NCBI GenBank assembly: GCA_023437345.1
Contig: JAEZGC010000233.1
Location: 1 to 38,814 of the forward strand
Direction: 5' to 3'
DNA: 38,814 bases
DNA from: Actinomycetes bacterium
GTDB taxonomy: Bacteria; Actinomycetota; Actinomycetes; Propionibacteriales; Propionibacteriaceae
The position numbers and the translations under genes were made by a program. Of this stretch, positions 27,280 through 35,152 are shown piece by piece. Position 1 is the stretch's first letter; every line of letters starts with the position of its first letter. Under the pieces are notes generated by a model. The model ran no database searches, was not told where the DNA came from, and saw nothing but the letters and a program-made list of their open reading frames with translations.

Positions 27280-27924
27280 ATGGCCCGCATCACTGTTCTG
27301 GGCGGCACCGGGTACGCCGGCGCCGCTGTTGTCGCGGAGGCCGCCCGGCGCGGGCACGAGGTCACCGCGATCAGCCGGCACGCGCCGTCAGAGCCGGTAG
27401 CCGCAGTCAGGTACCTGACCGGGTCCGTGCTGGAGGACGACGTGCTGGCCGGCGCCGTCGCCGACGCCGAGGTCGTCTTCGAGGCGCTGTCACCGCGGGG
27501 CGACATGGCCGGGAAGGTGGGCGGCGTCTTCGAGCGCCTGCTCGACCTCGCCGACCAGGGCGGAGTCCGGCTGGGAGTGCTCGGCGGCGCCTCGTCGCTC
27601 CTGGTCGAGCCGGACGGCCCCCGGCTGTTCGACATCGGCACACCCGCACCGGAGGTGCTCCCCGAGGTCGAACTGGGGATGGCGAAGCTCGACAGGCTGC
27701 GCGCCACCCCGGAGACGCTGGACTGGTTCTACATCAGCCCGGCAGCCGAGTTCGGGGCGTGGGTGCCCAGTGAGGCCACCGGACGGTACCGCACCAGCGA
27801 CGACGTCCTGCTGAAGGGGCCGGACGGACGCTCGGAGGTCTCGGCAGCCGACCTGGCGATCGCCGTCCTGGACGAGATCGAGCGCCCCGCGCACCGGCGT
27901 CGGCGATTCCACGTCGCCCACTGA
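27280..27924 (+). CDS. NAD(P)-binding oxidoreductase (putative NADH-flavin reductase, YwnB-like)
   Basis: ITVLGGTGYAG Rossmann motif, GHEVTAISR, GGASSL, DWFYISPA, DLAIAVLDEIE; AAGGAGG RBS. Confidence 0.85.
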   Translation: MARITVLGGTGYAGAAVVAEAARRGHEVTAISRHAPSEPVAAVRYLTGSVLEDDVLAGAVADAEVVFEALSPRGDMAGKVGGVFERLLDLADQGGVRLGVLGGASSLLVEPDGPRLFDIGTPAPEVLPEVELGMAKLDRLRATPETLDWFYISPAAEFGAWVPSEATGRYRTSDDVLLKGPDGRSEVSAADLAIAVLDEIERPAHRRRRFHVAH

Positions 27925-27992
27925 GTGCCCTAACGGGGCAGCCGCCGCCAGGCTGCTGGTCGGCACCGACCGCAGCGGTAGACTGACCCCTT

Positions 27993-29102
27993 GTGACCGC
28001 CGCTGACCTGCAGACCGACCTGGCCGAACTCGAACGCACCCTGACGTCGATCGAGGCAGTTCTCGACCCTGCCGCCAAGCGGGCAGAGATCGCCGATCTC
28101 TCCGAGGAGGTCGCCGCGCCCGACCTGTGGGACGACCAGGAGAACGCGCAGCGGGTCACCTCCCGGCTCTCCCGGCTGCAGTCCGAGGTTGACCGGCTCA
28201 GCAAGCTGCGCGGCCGGATCGACGACCTCGGCGTCCTTATCGAACTCGCCGACGAGGAAGGGGACCAGGCCACCCTCGACGAGGCCCAGCGTGACCTCAA
28301 GACGCTCACCCGTGACATCGACGCCCTCGAGACCCGCACCTTGTTGTCGGGGGAGTACGACCAGCGGGAAGCGCTGGTCACCATCCGGTCCGAGGCCGGG
28401 GGAGTGGACGCCGCCGACTTCGCCGCGATGCTGCTGCGGATGTACCTTCGCTGGGCCGAGCGGCACGGCTACCCGACCGAGGTGTACGAGACGTCGGAGG
28501 CGGAGGAGGCAGGCATCAAGTCGGCCACCTTCACTGTCAAGGAGCCCTTCGCCTACGGCATGCTGTCGGTCGAGCAGGGCACCCACCGGCTGGTGCGGAT
28601 CTCGCCGTTCGACAACCAGGGCCGCCGCCAGACCTCCTTCGCCGGCGTGGACGTGTTCCCGGTCACCGAGGAGATCGACCACATCGACATCCCCGAGTCC
28701 GACCTGCGGGTGGACGTGTTCAGGTCCTCCGGCCCCGGCGGGCAGAGCGTCAACACCACCGACTCCGCAGTCCGGCTCACCCATATCCCCACCGGGATCG
28801 TGGTCTCCATGCAGAACGAGAAGTCCCAGCTGCAGAACAAGGTGGCCGGCATGAAGGTACTGCAGTCCCGGCTGCTGGAGCGGGCCCGCGCCGAGAAGGA
28901 GGCCGAGATGCGCGGCCTCAAGGGCGACGCCGGCAACTCCTGGGGCGCGCAGATGCGCTCCTACGTCCTGCACCCCTACCAGATGGTGAAGGACCTGCGC
29001 ACCGAGCACGAGGTGGGCAACCCTGACGCCGTTTTCGACGGCGACATCGACGGCTTCATCGACGCCGGCATCCGCTGGCGCCGCCAGCAGGGCGACCGCT
29101 GA
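27993..29102 (+). CDS. prfB: Peptide chain release factor 2
   Basis: SPF anticodon motif (RISPFD), GGQ motif, RSYVLHPY; single uninterrupted ORF. Confidence 0.96.
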   Translation: MTAADLQTDLAELERTLTSIEAVLDPAAKRAEIADLSEEVAAPDLWDDQENAQRVTSRLSRLQSEVDRLSKLRGRIDDLGVLIELADEEGDQATLDEAQRDLKTLTRDIDALETRTLLSGEYDQREALVTIRSEAGGVDAADFAAMLLRMYLRWAERHGYPTEVYETSEAEEAGIKSATFTVKEPFAYGMLSVEQGTHRLVRISPFDNQGRRQTSFAGVDVFPVTEEIDHIDIPESDLRVDVFRSSGPGGQSVNTTDSAVRLTHIPTGIVVSMQNEKSQLQNKVAGMKVLQSRLLERARAEKEAEMRGLKGDAGNSWGAQMRSYVLHPYQMVKDLRTEHEVGNPDAVFDGDIDGFIDAGIRWRRQQGDR

Positions 29103-29247
29103 CCCCGGGCGGCCGACGCCCTCGCCGCGGACGCGGCCCGCGTGGCGGCTGGCCCGCCCCCACCGTGCCGCATACACTCCAAGGCAGGTCGGCTGAGAGA
29201 TCCTCAGGAATTCTTCCCCATCGTCCATCCCGGCCAGCCCCTCAACC

Positions 29248-29934
29248 GTGATCAGATTCGAAGGCGTCTCCAAGACCTACGAGGGTCAGACCCGCCCGGC
29301 GCTGCGTGATGTCGACGTCGAGATCGGCAAGGGCGAGTTCGCCTTCCTGGTCGGCGCGTCCGGCTCGGGCAAGTCGACGTTCCTGCGGCTCATCCTTCGC
29401 GAGTACCTGCCCAGCTCGGGCCACCTGTACGTGGCGGGCAAGGACCTGACCCGCCTGCGCGGCTGGAAGGTGCCGGCGCTGCGCCGCCAGATCGGGACGG
29501 TGTTCCAGGACTTCCGGCTGCTGCCCGGCAAGAGCGTCACCGAGAACGTCGCGTTCGCGCTGCAGGTGATCGGCAAGCCCGCCTCGCTGATTCGCAAGGT
29601 GGTGCCCGAGACGCTCGAACTCGTCGGGCTGGAGGGCAAGGGGGACCGGCTGCCTGAAGAACTCTCAGGTGGTGAGCAGCAGCGGGTCGCCATCGCCCGC
29701 GCCTTCGTCAACCGGCCGGCGATCCTGATCGCCGATGAGCCGACCGGCAACCTCGACCCGGCGACCAGCGTCGGCATCATGAAGCTCCTCGACCGGATCA
29801 ACAAGTCCGACACGACGGTCATCATGGCCACCCACGACGCCACCATCGTCGACCAGATGCGCAAGCGGGTCATCGAACTCGTCGCCGGCGAAGTGGTCCG
29901 CGACCAGACGAAGGGCGTCTATGGCTACCAGTGA
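29248..29934 (+). CDS. ftsE: Cell-division ABC ATPase FtsE
   Basis: [43 protein letters not shown]; between prfB and ftsX. Confidence 0.95.
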   Translation: MIRFEGVSKTYEGQTRPALRDVDVEIGKGEFAFLVGASGSGKSTFLRLILREYLPSSGHLYVAGKDLTRLRGWKVPALRRQIGTVFQDFRLLPGKSVTENVAFALQVIGKPASLIRKVVPETLELVGLEGKGDRLPEELSGGEQQRVAIARAFVNRPAILIADEPTGNLDPATSVGIMKLLDRINKSDTTVIMATHDATIVDQMRKRVIELVAGEVVRDQTKGVYGYQ

Positions 29935-29961
29935 GCCGCGCCCACAAGGAGGAGCTGCCTG

Positions 29962-30867
29962 ATGCGGCACACACTGCGCGAGATGTGGTCGGGTCTGCGC
30001 CGCAACGCGTCGATGAACCTCGCGGTCATCGTCACCATGTGGGTCTCGCTCACGCTGTTCGGCGCCGGGCTCCTGGTCACCCAGCAGGTCGACCTGCTGA
30101 AGGGGAACTGGTACGACCGCATCGAGATCAGCGTCTTCTTGTGCGTCGAGGACTCCCGCGGCAGCAATTGCGAGCCCGGGGTGGGCGCCACCGACGCCGA
30201 GCGTGCGGCGATCGGCGCGGCGCTGCGCGACAACCCCGAGGTCCGTGAAGTCTTCTACGAGAGCAAGGCCGAAGCGTGGGCCGAATTCCAGAAGGTATTC
30301 GCCGACGACCCCATTCTCGAGACCATGAACCAGGAAATGATGCAGGATTCCTTCCGCATCAAGCTGGTCAATCCCGAGGAATACCAGGGTGTCGTTTCGA
30401 TGGTCGCGGGGATGCCAGGGGTGCAGGCCGTCCGTGACCTGAGAGAGATCCTCGACCCACTGTTCGCCTGGCTGAACATGGCCCGCTGGGCGACGGTCCT
30501 GGCCAGTGGCCTGCTGCTGCTGGCGGCCGCCCTCCAGATCGGCAACACGATCCGGATGGCAGCGTTCTCGCGCCGGCGCGAGATCGGGATCATGCGCCTC
30601 GTGGGCGCCTCCAACTGGTACATCATGCTGCCGTTCCTGCTGGAATCACTGCTCGCCGCGCTGGTCGGAGCTGGCCTCGCCTGCCTGTCCCTGGCCGCCA
30701 TCCAGGAGTTCGTGATCGTCCAGAAGGCTAAAGTCGAGATCAAGACAATCTCCGCCTGGATCGGCTGGGAGCACGTGGGATTCGCCATGGGAAGCCTTGT
30801 GCTCCTCGGTGTCGTGCTATCTATTATTCCGACGTTGATAGCAACTCGCAGGTTCCTTCGAGTATGA
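29962..30867 (+). CDS. ftsX: Cell-division permease FtsX
   Basis: GLRRN, NTIRMAAFSRRREIGIMRLVGASNWYI..PFLLE, four TM segments with a large first loop; AAGGAGG RBS. Confidence 0.95.
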   Translation: MRHTLREMWSGLRRNASMNLAVIVTMWVSLTLFGAGLLVTQQVDLLKGNWYDRIEISVFLCVEDSRGSNCEPGVGATDAERAAIGAALRDNPEVREVFYESKAEAWAEFQKVFADDPILETMNQEMMQDSFRIKLVNPEEYQGVVSMVAGMPGVQAVRDLREILDPLFAWLNMARWATVLASGLLLLAAALQIGNTIRMAAFSRRREIGIMRLVGASNWYIMLPFLLESLLAALVGAGLACLSLAAIQEFVIVQKAKVEIKTISAWIGWEHVGFAMGSLVLLGVVLSIIPTLIATRRFLRV

Positions 30868-30892
30868 GTCGAATCGAATTGGAGTAGTCATA

Positions 30893-32176
30893 GTGCGCCA
30901 GGTGCCTTCCCCCACCGTCACGCATCGGACGCAGGGCCGCGTCCGGGCGACCTGGCTGCGGCTGCTCCTGGCCGGCGTCCTCCTGCTCGGGCTGGTCGCG
31001 GGCAGCTCCGCCCCGGCGTCCGCCGAGAGCCTCCAGGACCAGCGCGCCAAGGTGCGCAAGGCACTGGCGAAGACCAAGGCGAGCATCGCCACCGCGCAGA
31101 GCGAGGTGAAGGCGGCGTCCTCGTCGCTGGAGGAATCCGAGACAAAACTCGCCACGGCGCGGCGCGAACTCGCCTACGTCCAGGGAAAACTCGCCAAGGC
31201 TCGAGAAAAGGACGCGAAAATCGCCAAGGCCCTCAAGAAGGCCGAAGAGGCGCTTGAGAAGTCCGAGGCGGCGGTCGCCCAGGGCGAGGCCGACCTCGCC
31301 GAGCAGGAACGGCTGATCGGTGACGTGGCCCGGACCGCCTACCAGCGGCACTCGCGCCTGATCGACTTCAGCGTGATGCTCGACGCCGACAACGTCGCGC
31401 AGGTAGCCGACCGTGCCCAGTGGACCGAGCTGATCTTCTCCAGTTCAGCGACCGAGATGGAACGGTTGCAGGACCTGCAGCTCCAACTCGAGGCCGCCAA
31501 GCAGGCCAGGGAGGCGGCCCGCGAGGACGTCGCCGAGCAGCGCCGGCAGAGCAAGGCACAAGTCGCCGCGGTCAAGGAGCTCGCCAACGACGCCGCCGCC
31601 CGCGAGGCCGAGGTCGCCCGCCTGGTCGCGGAGAACCGCAAGCTGCGCGACACCGCCATGCACGAGCTGGAGGCGAGCCGCGAGCAGTACGACAAGCTCG
31701 AGAAGCAGGAAGCCTCGATCACCAAGAAGATCCTCGCGCAGGCCGCCAAGGACAAGCACCTGAAGGTGAACTCGAAGGGCTTCATCCGTCCGGTGAACGC
31801 CAACCCCGGCTCGCCGTACGGGATGCGGTACCACCCGATCCTCCACTACTGGCGGATGCACTGGGGCCTGGACTTCGGAGCCAAGTGCGGTGCGCCGCTG
31901 TACGCGATGGCCAACGGCAAGGTCGCCCAGGTGCTGCGGACCTCGCAGTCCAACGGGCTTGGCAACTGGACGGTCATCAACTACGGCAGCTACAAGGGCG
32001 CCAACATGGCCAGCGGCTACGCCCACCAGTCCCGCATCGTGGTGCGGCCCGGCCAGTCGGTCAAGCAGGGCCAGGTCGTGGGCTACGTGGGCACCACAGG
32101 GCTGTCGACCGGCTGCCACCTGCACCTGCAGATGTACCGCAACGGCACCCGGGTCAACCCGCGTCCGTACGTGTAG
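30893..32176 (+). CDS. Secreted coiled-coil M23 peptidoglycan endopeptidase
   Basis: Signal peptide ending APASA, long Ala/Glu/Lys coiled coil, M23 motifs [17 protein letters not shown]; start uncertain. Confidence 0.88.
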   Translation: MRQVPSPTVTHRTQGRVRATWLRLLLAGVLLLGLVAGSSAPASAESLQDQRAKVRKALAKTKASIATAQSEVKAASSSLEESETKLATARRELAYVQGKLAKAREKDAKIAKALKKAEEALEKSEAAVAQGEADLAEQERLIGDVARTAYQRHSRLIDFSVMLDADNVAQVADRAQWTELIFSSSATEMERLQDLQLQLEAAKQAREAAREDVAEQRRQSKAQVAAVKELANDAAAREAEVARLVAENRKLRDTAMHELEASREQYDKLEKQEASITKKILAQAAKDKHLKVNSKGFIRPVNANPGSPYGMRYHPILHYWRMHWGLDFGAKCGAPLYAMANGKVAQVLRTSQSNGLGNWTVINYGSYKGANMASGYAHQSRIVVRPGQSVKQGQVVGYVGTTGLSTGCHLHLQMYRNGTRVNPRPYV

Positions 32177-32189
32177 CAGCGGGGGAGGG

Positions 32190-32295
32190 CGCTGACGCGG
32201 CGTCGCGGTTGTCGTCTGCTCCTCGCCTCGCTGGCGCGATGCTCGTCGAGACTCCGCCCTTGCCGCCGCTGACGCGGCGCCGCGGTTGTCGTCTG
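32190..32295. repeat. Two 29-nt direct repeats (1 mismatch) separated by 48 nt
   Basis: CGCTGACGCGGCG(T/C)CGCGGTTGTCGTCTG at 32190-32218 and 32267-32295. Confidence 0.85.
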
Positions 32296-32322
32296 TCACA
32301 CTTGGTGGCGAGGAGGAACCCG

Positions 32323-32796
32323 ATGCCGCGACCCACCGGGCGGATCATGGTCGCCCAGAACCGCAAGGCCCGTCACGACTACCACCTGCACGACACCTTT
32401 GAGGCGGGACTCGTCCTGACCGGGACCGAGGTGAAGTCCCTGCGCGCCGGACGGGCGTCGCTGGCCGACGCCTTCGCGACCGTCGACGACGGCGAGGTCT
32501 GGCTGCGCAACGCCCACATCCCCGAGTACGAGTTCGGAACCTGGAAGAACCACTCCACGCGGCGCACCCGCAAGCTGCTGCTGCACCGCAAGGAGATCGC
32601 CAGGCTGGCCAAGGAGACGACCAACTCCGGACGGACGATAGTCCCGCTGGCGATCTACTTCTCCGACGGCTACGCCAAGGTGGAGATCGCCGTGGCCACC
32701 GGCAAGAAGGACTGGGACAAGCGCCAGACGCTGGCCGCAAGGGAGGCCGACCGCGAAGCCCAGCGGGCCCTCGCCAGCCGGAACCGGGGGGAGTGA
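32323..32796 (+). CDS. smpB: SsrA-binding protein
   Basis: [50 protein letters not shown]. Confidence 0.96.
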   Translation: MPRPTGRIMVAQNRKARHDYHLHDTFEAGLVLTGTEVKSLRAGRASLADAFATVDDGEVWLRNAHIPEYEFGTWKNHSTRRTRKLLLHRKEIARLAKETTNSGRTIVPLAIYFSDGYAKVEIAVATGKKDWDKRQTLAAREADREAQRALASRNRGE

Positions 32797-34655
32797 TGGG
32801 CTCCCGGTTCACCCGCCCGCTGCGCGTGCTGCTGGCGGGTACCGTCCTCGCCTTGGCCACAACGTTCGCGGCCAGCACCCCCGCCCACGCCGCGGTCAGG
32901 GACAGCTACGACGACTTCGACATCACCGCGACCCTCAACCCCGACGGCACCGTCGACGTGGTGGAGACCGTCACGCTCCGGTTCGGCTCCTCCTCCGGCC
33001 GTCACGGCCTCGAACGGACGCTGATCACCCGCGAGCCAGACCCGGACACCGGGCAGGACATGCTGTTCCCGGTCACCCGGATCTCCGCAGAGAGCCTGAC
33101 TCCCGGCGTCTCCGACATGGTCGACATCGCCCACCTCGACCTGGGCAGCCCCCGTCACACGTACGTGCGGATCCGGATCGGGGACCCGGACCGGGTGATC
33201 CGCCAGGACACTGCCGGCTACCGGCTGCGCTACCGGGTCGGCGGGCTGATGCGCTCCCCAGACGGGGTCGACCAGCTGTACTGGGACCTGACCGGCTCGT
33301 CGATGCCGCAGATCAACAACATGACCGTCGCGATCAGCGTGCCCGGTGGGGCGCAGCAGCTGTTCTGCTCGGTGGCCGAACCGGGCCAGGCCGGGCCGTG
33401 CACCTCCCAGGCCACCGACGCCGAGGGCAGGGCCGTGTTCACCCACGACACCATCTCCAACGGAGAGCTGATGACGGTCGGGATCGCCGTCACGCCTGGC
33501 CTGGTCTCGCCCAACACGCCGATCTTCGAGGAGAACGCCGAGGTCGCCGAGCAGCGGCTGGGGCAAGGGATCCTGCTGGGCTCCACGGGGGCCGCCGGCC
33601 TGGTCGCGGTGGGCGGCTGGGCCTTCCTGCGCGGCAAGACCGGGGACCGCCGCTTCGAAGGTCTGCCGCCCGGGGTGCTCCCGGCGTCCGGGCAGACCGC
33701 GGTGGAGGTCGCCAACCCGCGCAGCATCGAGATCCCGGTCGCCTTCTCGCCGCCGCGACTCTCGCCTGCCGAGGCCGGGCTGCTGCTGGACGGCGCCGGG
33801 CAGGTGAAGCACACCACAGCGACACTGATGGCGCTGGCGGTCAACGGCGCGATCAAGCTGCGCAGCGAGGAACCCCCCCAGGCCCGCCTGATCGACGCCG
33901 ACCGCGCCCCCGACAAGCCGAGCCGGGCGCTGGTGCGCTCCCTGTTCGGCAGCGGCGACGTCGCCGACCTGACCGAACCGGGTTCCATGACCGCCGCCGA
34001 CAAGGCAGTCCGACGGGCCGCCGAGAAGGCCGCCGACCGGGGCGGGTGGTTCCTGCCCACCGCGCAGGCGTCCACCGGCTCGGGCATGGCGCAGATCGTG
34101 CTGGTGCCGGTCGCCGGTTTCGCCGCCTTCGTCGTGTTCGGTCCGGTGGCGTTCAACCTGTGGCCGCTCGGGCTCGCACTGGTCGTGACCGGCATGGTGG
34201 TGGCCGCGAAGCTGTCCAAGGCCCGCAGGTCGGGGACCGGCCGGGCGCTGACCGACCAGGTGGAGGGGTTCCGCACCTATCTGGCAACCGCCGAGGCCGA
34301 CCAGCTGCAGTTCGAGGAGGGCGAGGACATCTTCTCCAAGTACCTGCCGTGGGCTGTGCTGTTCGACCTCACCGACCGCTGGACGAGGGTGTGCGAGCAG
34401 CTGGTCGCGATGGGCCGGCTCTCCGCCCGTCCCCCCGACTGGTACTACGGCTCGACCTGGAACCTGCATGCCATGGCCTGGCAGCTGGACACCATGGGCT
34501 CCCACGTCGCGACGGCGGTGGCGCCACCACCGCCCAGCATCTCCGACTCCAGCTTCGGCAGCAGCGGCTCGGCCTTCGGCGGTGGCGGCGGCTTCTCCGG
34601 AGGCGGAGGGTTTTCCGGCGGCGGTGGCGGCGGTGGCGGCGGCGGAAGCTGGTAG
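32796..34655 (+). CDS. DUF2207 family membrane protein
   Basis: Signal peptide ending PAHA, DGTVDVVETVT, LYWDLTG, TM helices, GFRTYL..FSKYLPWAVLF, Gly-rich GGGFSGGGGGGGGGGSW tail. Confidence 0.85.
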   Translation: MGSRFTRPLRVLLAGTVLALATTFAASTPAHAAVRDSYDDFDITATLNPDGTVDVVETVTLRFGSSSGRHGLERTLITREPDPDTGQDMLFPVTRISAESLTPGVSDMVDIAHLDLGSPRHTYVRIRIGDPDRVIRQDTAGYRLRYRVGGLMRSPDGVDQLYWDLTGSSMPQINNMTVAISVPGGAQQLFCSVAEPGQAGPCTSQATDAEGRAVFTHDTISNGELMTVGIAVTPGLVSPNTPIFEENAEVAEQRLGQGILLGSTGAAGLVAVGGWAFLRGKTGDRRFEGLPPGVLPASGQTAVEVANPRSIEIPVAFSPPRLSPAEAGLLLDGAGQVKHTTATLMALAVNGAIKLRSEEPPQARLIDADRAPDKPSRALVRSLFGSGDVADLTEPGSMTAADKAVRRAAEKAADRGGWFLPTAQASTGSGMAQIVLVPVAGFAAFVVFGPVAFNLWPLGLALVVTGMVVAAKLSKARRSGTGRALTDQVEGFRTYLATAEADQLQFEEGEDIFSKYLPWAVLFDLTDRWTRVCEQLVAMGRLSARPPDWYYGSTWNLHAMAWQLDTMGSHVATAVAPPPPSISDSSFGSSGSAFGGGGGFSGGGGFSGGGGGGGGGGSW

Positions 34656-34677
34656 GACGGGCGATCTGATCAAAGTG

Positions 34678-34696
34678 AACGGTACGGTGTACCGCT
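34678..34696. promoter_or_regulatory. Palindromic operator candidate overlapping -10 (TACGGT) of the DUF4287 gene
   Basis: AACGGTAC-GGT-GTACCGCT (7/8 symmetric). Confidence 0.4.
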
Positions 34697-34728
34697 CCGG
34701 CTGACCCCGACCCCCAGGAGGTACCACC

Positions 34729-35025
34729 ATGTCCTTCCAGGCCTATCTGGACACCATCGAGAAGCGGACTGGCAAGACCCCGCGCGTCCTGCTCGCCGAA
34801 GCCGCCGAGCACGGGTTCACCGGGGCGCAGGTCAAGGCGGCGGACGTGATCGACTGGCTCGCCCGGGACTACGGGCTCGGCCGAGGCCACGCGATGGCCC
34901 TGGTCCACGTCATCCGCAACGGCCCGGTGGTGCCGGCCAAGCACGTCGGCTCCGGGGGCTCGCACTCCGACCCCAGTCTGGAGCTGTGGCTGGACGGCCG
35001 CGCCACGAACCCGGCGCGGGGCTGA
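34729..35025 (+). CDS. DUF4287 family small protein
   Basis: MSFQAYLDTIEKRTGKTP, WLARDYGLGRGHAMALVH signature; AGGAGG RBS. Confidence 0.88.
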   Translation: MSFQAYLDTIEKRTGKTPRVLLAEAAEHGFTGAQVKAADVIDWLARDYGLGRGHAMALVHVIRNGPVVPAKHVGSGGSHSDPSLELWLDGRATNPARG

Positions 35026-35152
35026 GCGTGCGCCGCCCGGGCCGGGCGCGGCGCGCAGGAGCGGATCAGCGGCTACGGTAGCGGCAGCCGCCATGGGCGG
35101 CACCACCGCTGGTCATGGCCCCGACCGTCCCAGGCTCCCAGGAGTATGTCCC

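Noticed and set aside
18226..27992. Intact integrative element or prophage at tRNA-Val
   Set aside because: No integrase, phage or conjugation genes, and no duplicated tRNA 3' end found by eye
27993..28100. Programmed +1 frameshift in prfB
   Set aside because: ORF is continuous with no CTT-TGA slippery site; normal for actinobacteria
32190..32295. CRISPR array
   Set aside because: Only two repeats, a 48-nt spacer, no AT-rich leader and no cas genes
31420..32322. N-terminal extension of SmpB (458-aa ORF)
   Set aside because: Off-frame overlap with the M23 gene; SmpB homology and the AGGAGG RBS begin at ATG 32323
34575..34650. GGC-rich microsatellite as a contingency locus
   Set aside because: Encodes the usual Gly-rich C-terminus of DUF2207 proteins with mixed codons
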